Below are positions 62,181 to 64,000 of a DNA stretch of 64,000 bases, piece after piece (positions within the stretch are counted from its first letter, which is position 1; the number at the start of each line of letters is the position of its first letter). The position numbers and the translations under genes are program-made. This DNA comes from an uncultured bacterium (GTDB taxonomy: Bacteria > Planctomycetota > GCA-002687715), in NCBI GenBank assembly GCA_902826835.1, contig CADEGH010000003.1, positions 266,083 through 330,082 of the forward strand. The letters run 5' to 3'. The notes beneath the pieces are model-generated. The model saw only the letters and a program-made list of their open reading frames with translations, was not told the origin of the DNA and did not search any database.

Positions 62181-64000
62181 CTAAACGCGACCTCGAGCCA
62201 GATCGCAGAGCTGTTTGAGCCGGATCAACGCATCGAGAGGCGTCAGGCGATCCGGCTCCATGCGCAGAAGTTCATCCCGCAGTCGATCGTCTTCGCTCGG
62301 AAAGAGACCGAGCTGGGTGGGTATTTCCTGGCCGGTGGCTGGACCCGCCGCGCGCAAGTCGCGCAGGAGCTCTTCGGCGCGACTCACGACTAGGCGGGGC
62401 AGGCCCGCCAGGCGTGCCACGTGAATTCCGTACGAGCGGTCCGTCCCTCCGGCCACGATCCGGTGGAGGAAAACGATCTGGTCTTGCCACTCCTGTACGG
62501 CCACGCTGAGATTGCGCGCATGCGGCAGATTCTCGACGACTTCGACCAATTCGTGATAATGGGTCGCAAACAGCGTTCGGCAACGGATCTTGCCGGCCAG
62601 ATGCTCGGTGACTGCTCTGGCCAACGCCAAGCCGTCGGTCGTGGACGTGCCTCGCCCGACTTCGTCCAAGATGACCAGGCTTCGGCCGGTGGCGTGGTGG
62701 AGAATCTCGGCCGTCTCGATCATCTCGACCATGAAGGTCGAGTTGCCCCGCGCCAATTCATCGCTGGCCCCGATGCGGGCGAAGATGCGATCGATCAATC
62801 CGAGGCGCATCGACTTCGCCGGCACGAAACTTCCGATTTGCGCAAGCAGGGAGAGCAGGGCGGCTTGACGAATGAACGTCGATTTGCCGCCCATGTTCGG
62901 CCCGGTAATCAGGGCCAACGCCGCGCCTTGGCCGCTCAGATTGACGTCATTGGGGACAATCGGTGTCGCGGAGTGCAACGCTTCCAAGACAGGATGTCTG
63001 CCTTCTTCGATGACCAAGTCGGCCGAGTCGTCGAGTTCGGGCCGCGACCAGCGTCGTTCGCTCGCCACTTCCGCTAAGCCCTGCAGGACGTCGAGCTCCG
63101 CGACGGCGCTCGCGGCCGCCTGGATTTTTCGGAGCCGCTCCTCGACAGCTCGGCGCAAGGTCAAGAAATGTTCGTACTCGCGCTCGTTGATGCGCTCGTC
63201 CGCGCCCAGAACCTTCTCCTCGTAGGCCTTGAGGTCGGGAGTGATGTAGCGCTCGGCGTTCTTGATCGTCTGCTTGCGGATGTAGTCGAGGGGCACCTTC
63301 GCTTGGTGGACGTTCGTGATCTCGATGTAGAAACCGAACACCTTGTTGAAACCCACCTTGAGGGTGGAGATGCCGGTTCGGGCCTGCTCTTTGGTCTGAA
63401 AGTCGGCAATCCACCCGCGCCCGTCTTTTCCGATCGCCCGCAGTTCGTCCAACTCCGGGTCGAAGCCGTCGCGGATGATCCCCCCTTCTTTGACCGTGGG
63501 CGGGACTTCGTCCAACAGCGCGCGGTCCAAGAGTTCCCTGAGATCCGCGAGGTCGGGGAGCTCCTGATCGATCTCGCGTAGGCGACTCGCCGCGAGTGGC
63601 GTCAACTCCGCCCGGAGGACCGGCAGGGCGCGCAGGCTTTGGCGGATGGCGACTAGTTCTCGCGCCGAGGCTCGCCCGGTCGCGATGCGCGACAGGAGCC
63701 GGTCCAGATCCAAGACGAGCTTGAGCGCCCCGCGGAGGCGCGCCCGAATGTCTGCCTCGCTGCGCAGTTCGGCCACGGCTTCTTGACGCGCTCTCAAGAC
63801 CAGAAGGTCGCGAAGGGGCGCCGCCAACCAACGGGTCAAGAGGCGCGCCCCGAGCGGAGTCAGCGTACGGTCGAGCACGGAGACGAGGGATCCTCGGCGA
63901 TCTCCGCCGCGCTCGGTGCGGTGGATCTCGAGCGAGCTTTGGGTCGCCCGATCCAGGTGCATGAACTCCTCGCGCCGCACCCTGCGCAACCCCGTCAGAT
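62181..64000 (-). CDS. mutS: DNA mismatch repair protein MutS (N-terminus lies beyond the window end)
   Basis: ITGPNMGGKSTFIRQ, LVILDEVGRGTSTTDGLALA, and FATHYHEL. The reading frame stays open to position 64000. Confidence 0.93.
   Translation of the reverse strand, partial: LTGLRRVRREEFMHLDRATQSSLEIHRTERGGDRRGSLVSVLDRTLTPLGARLLTRWLAAPLRDLLVLRARQEAVAELRSEADIRARLRGALKLVLDLDRLLSRIATGRASARELVAIRQSLRALPVLRAELTPLAASRLREIDQELPDLADLRELLDRALLDEVPPTVKEGGIIRDGFDPELDELRAIGKDGRGWIADFQTKEQARTGISTLKVGFNKVFGFYIEITNVHQAKVPLDYIRKQTIKNAERYITPDLKAYEEKVLGADERINEREYEHFLTLRRAVEERLRKIQAAASAVAELDVLQGLAEVASERRWSRPELDDSADLVIEEGRHPVLEALHSATPIVPNDVNLSGQGAALALITGPNMGGKSTFIRQAALLSLLAQIGSFVPAKSMRLGLIDRIFARIGASDELARGNSTFMVEMIETAEILHHATGRSLVILDEVGRGTSTTDGLALARAVTEHLAGKIRCRTLFATHYHELVEVVENLPHARNLSVAVQEWQDQIVFLHRIVAGGTDRSYGIHVARLAGLPRLVVSRAEELLRDLRAAGPATGQEIPTQLGLFPSEDDRLRDELLRMEPDRLTPLDALIRLKQLCDLARGRV

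Noticed and set aside
1-64000. CRISPR arrays, transposases, integrases, prophage genes, rRNA and tRNA genes
   Set aside because: I found no spaced direct repeats, no DDE, tyrosine or serine recombinase motifs, and no T-arm or anticodon-arm structures convincing enough to call. Their absence is by visual inspection only.

Overview
High-GC (about 63-70% in hand-counted lines) bacterial chromosomal window, densely coding: about 53 CDS. I recognised no rRNA, tRNA, CRISPR array, transposase or integrase. Some architectures suggest a PVC-group organism (Planctomycetota/Verrucomicrobiota), but that is inference only: a ThuA + beta-propeller dehydrogenase + C-terminal CxxCH cytochrome giant, CarboxypepD_reg, HEAT and TPR giants, and many 4-bp start/stop overlaps.

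0-15.3 kb looks like a light / photo-oxidative-stress regulon. It holds a B12-type CarH/LitR photoreceptor regulator and a six-gene operon (FAD oxidoreductase, DUF1365, CFA synthase, DUF1295, CFA-synthase-like methyltransferase, class II photolyase). It also holds a desaturase, an SDR, and an SRPBCC gene coupled to a candidate UGA-encoded (selenocysteine) SelU/PRXL2-like redoxin. A shared TGTCMA-N10-TGGAC-like motif sits at three of the promoters.

This regulon is interrupted at about 11.3-14.2 kb by a lower-GC island. The island carries a monocistronic TIR-like/phosphofructokinase-like fusion gene with its own sigma70-type promoter, plus about 0.6 kb of hairpin-rich sequence I could not assign. 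I rank this island as the best candidate for something undescribed.

The rest is mostly housekeeping or envelope genes: ispH, alaS, mutS, a Mla-like ABC fusion, an ABC-2 exporter, TerC, MFS, a flotillin/NfeD/FxsA string, a GMC oxidoreductase and a TPR Ser/Thr kinase. All family calls rest on motifs read by eye from the translations; no database search was run.
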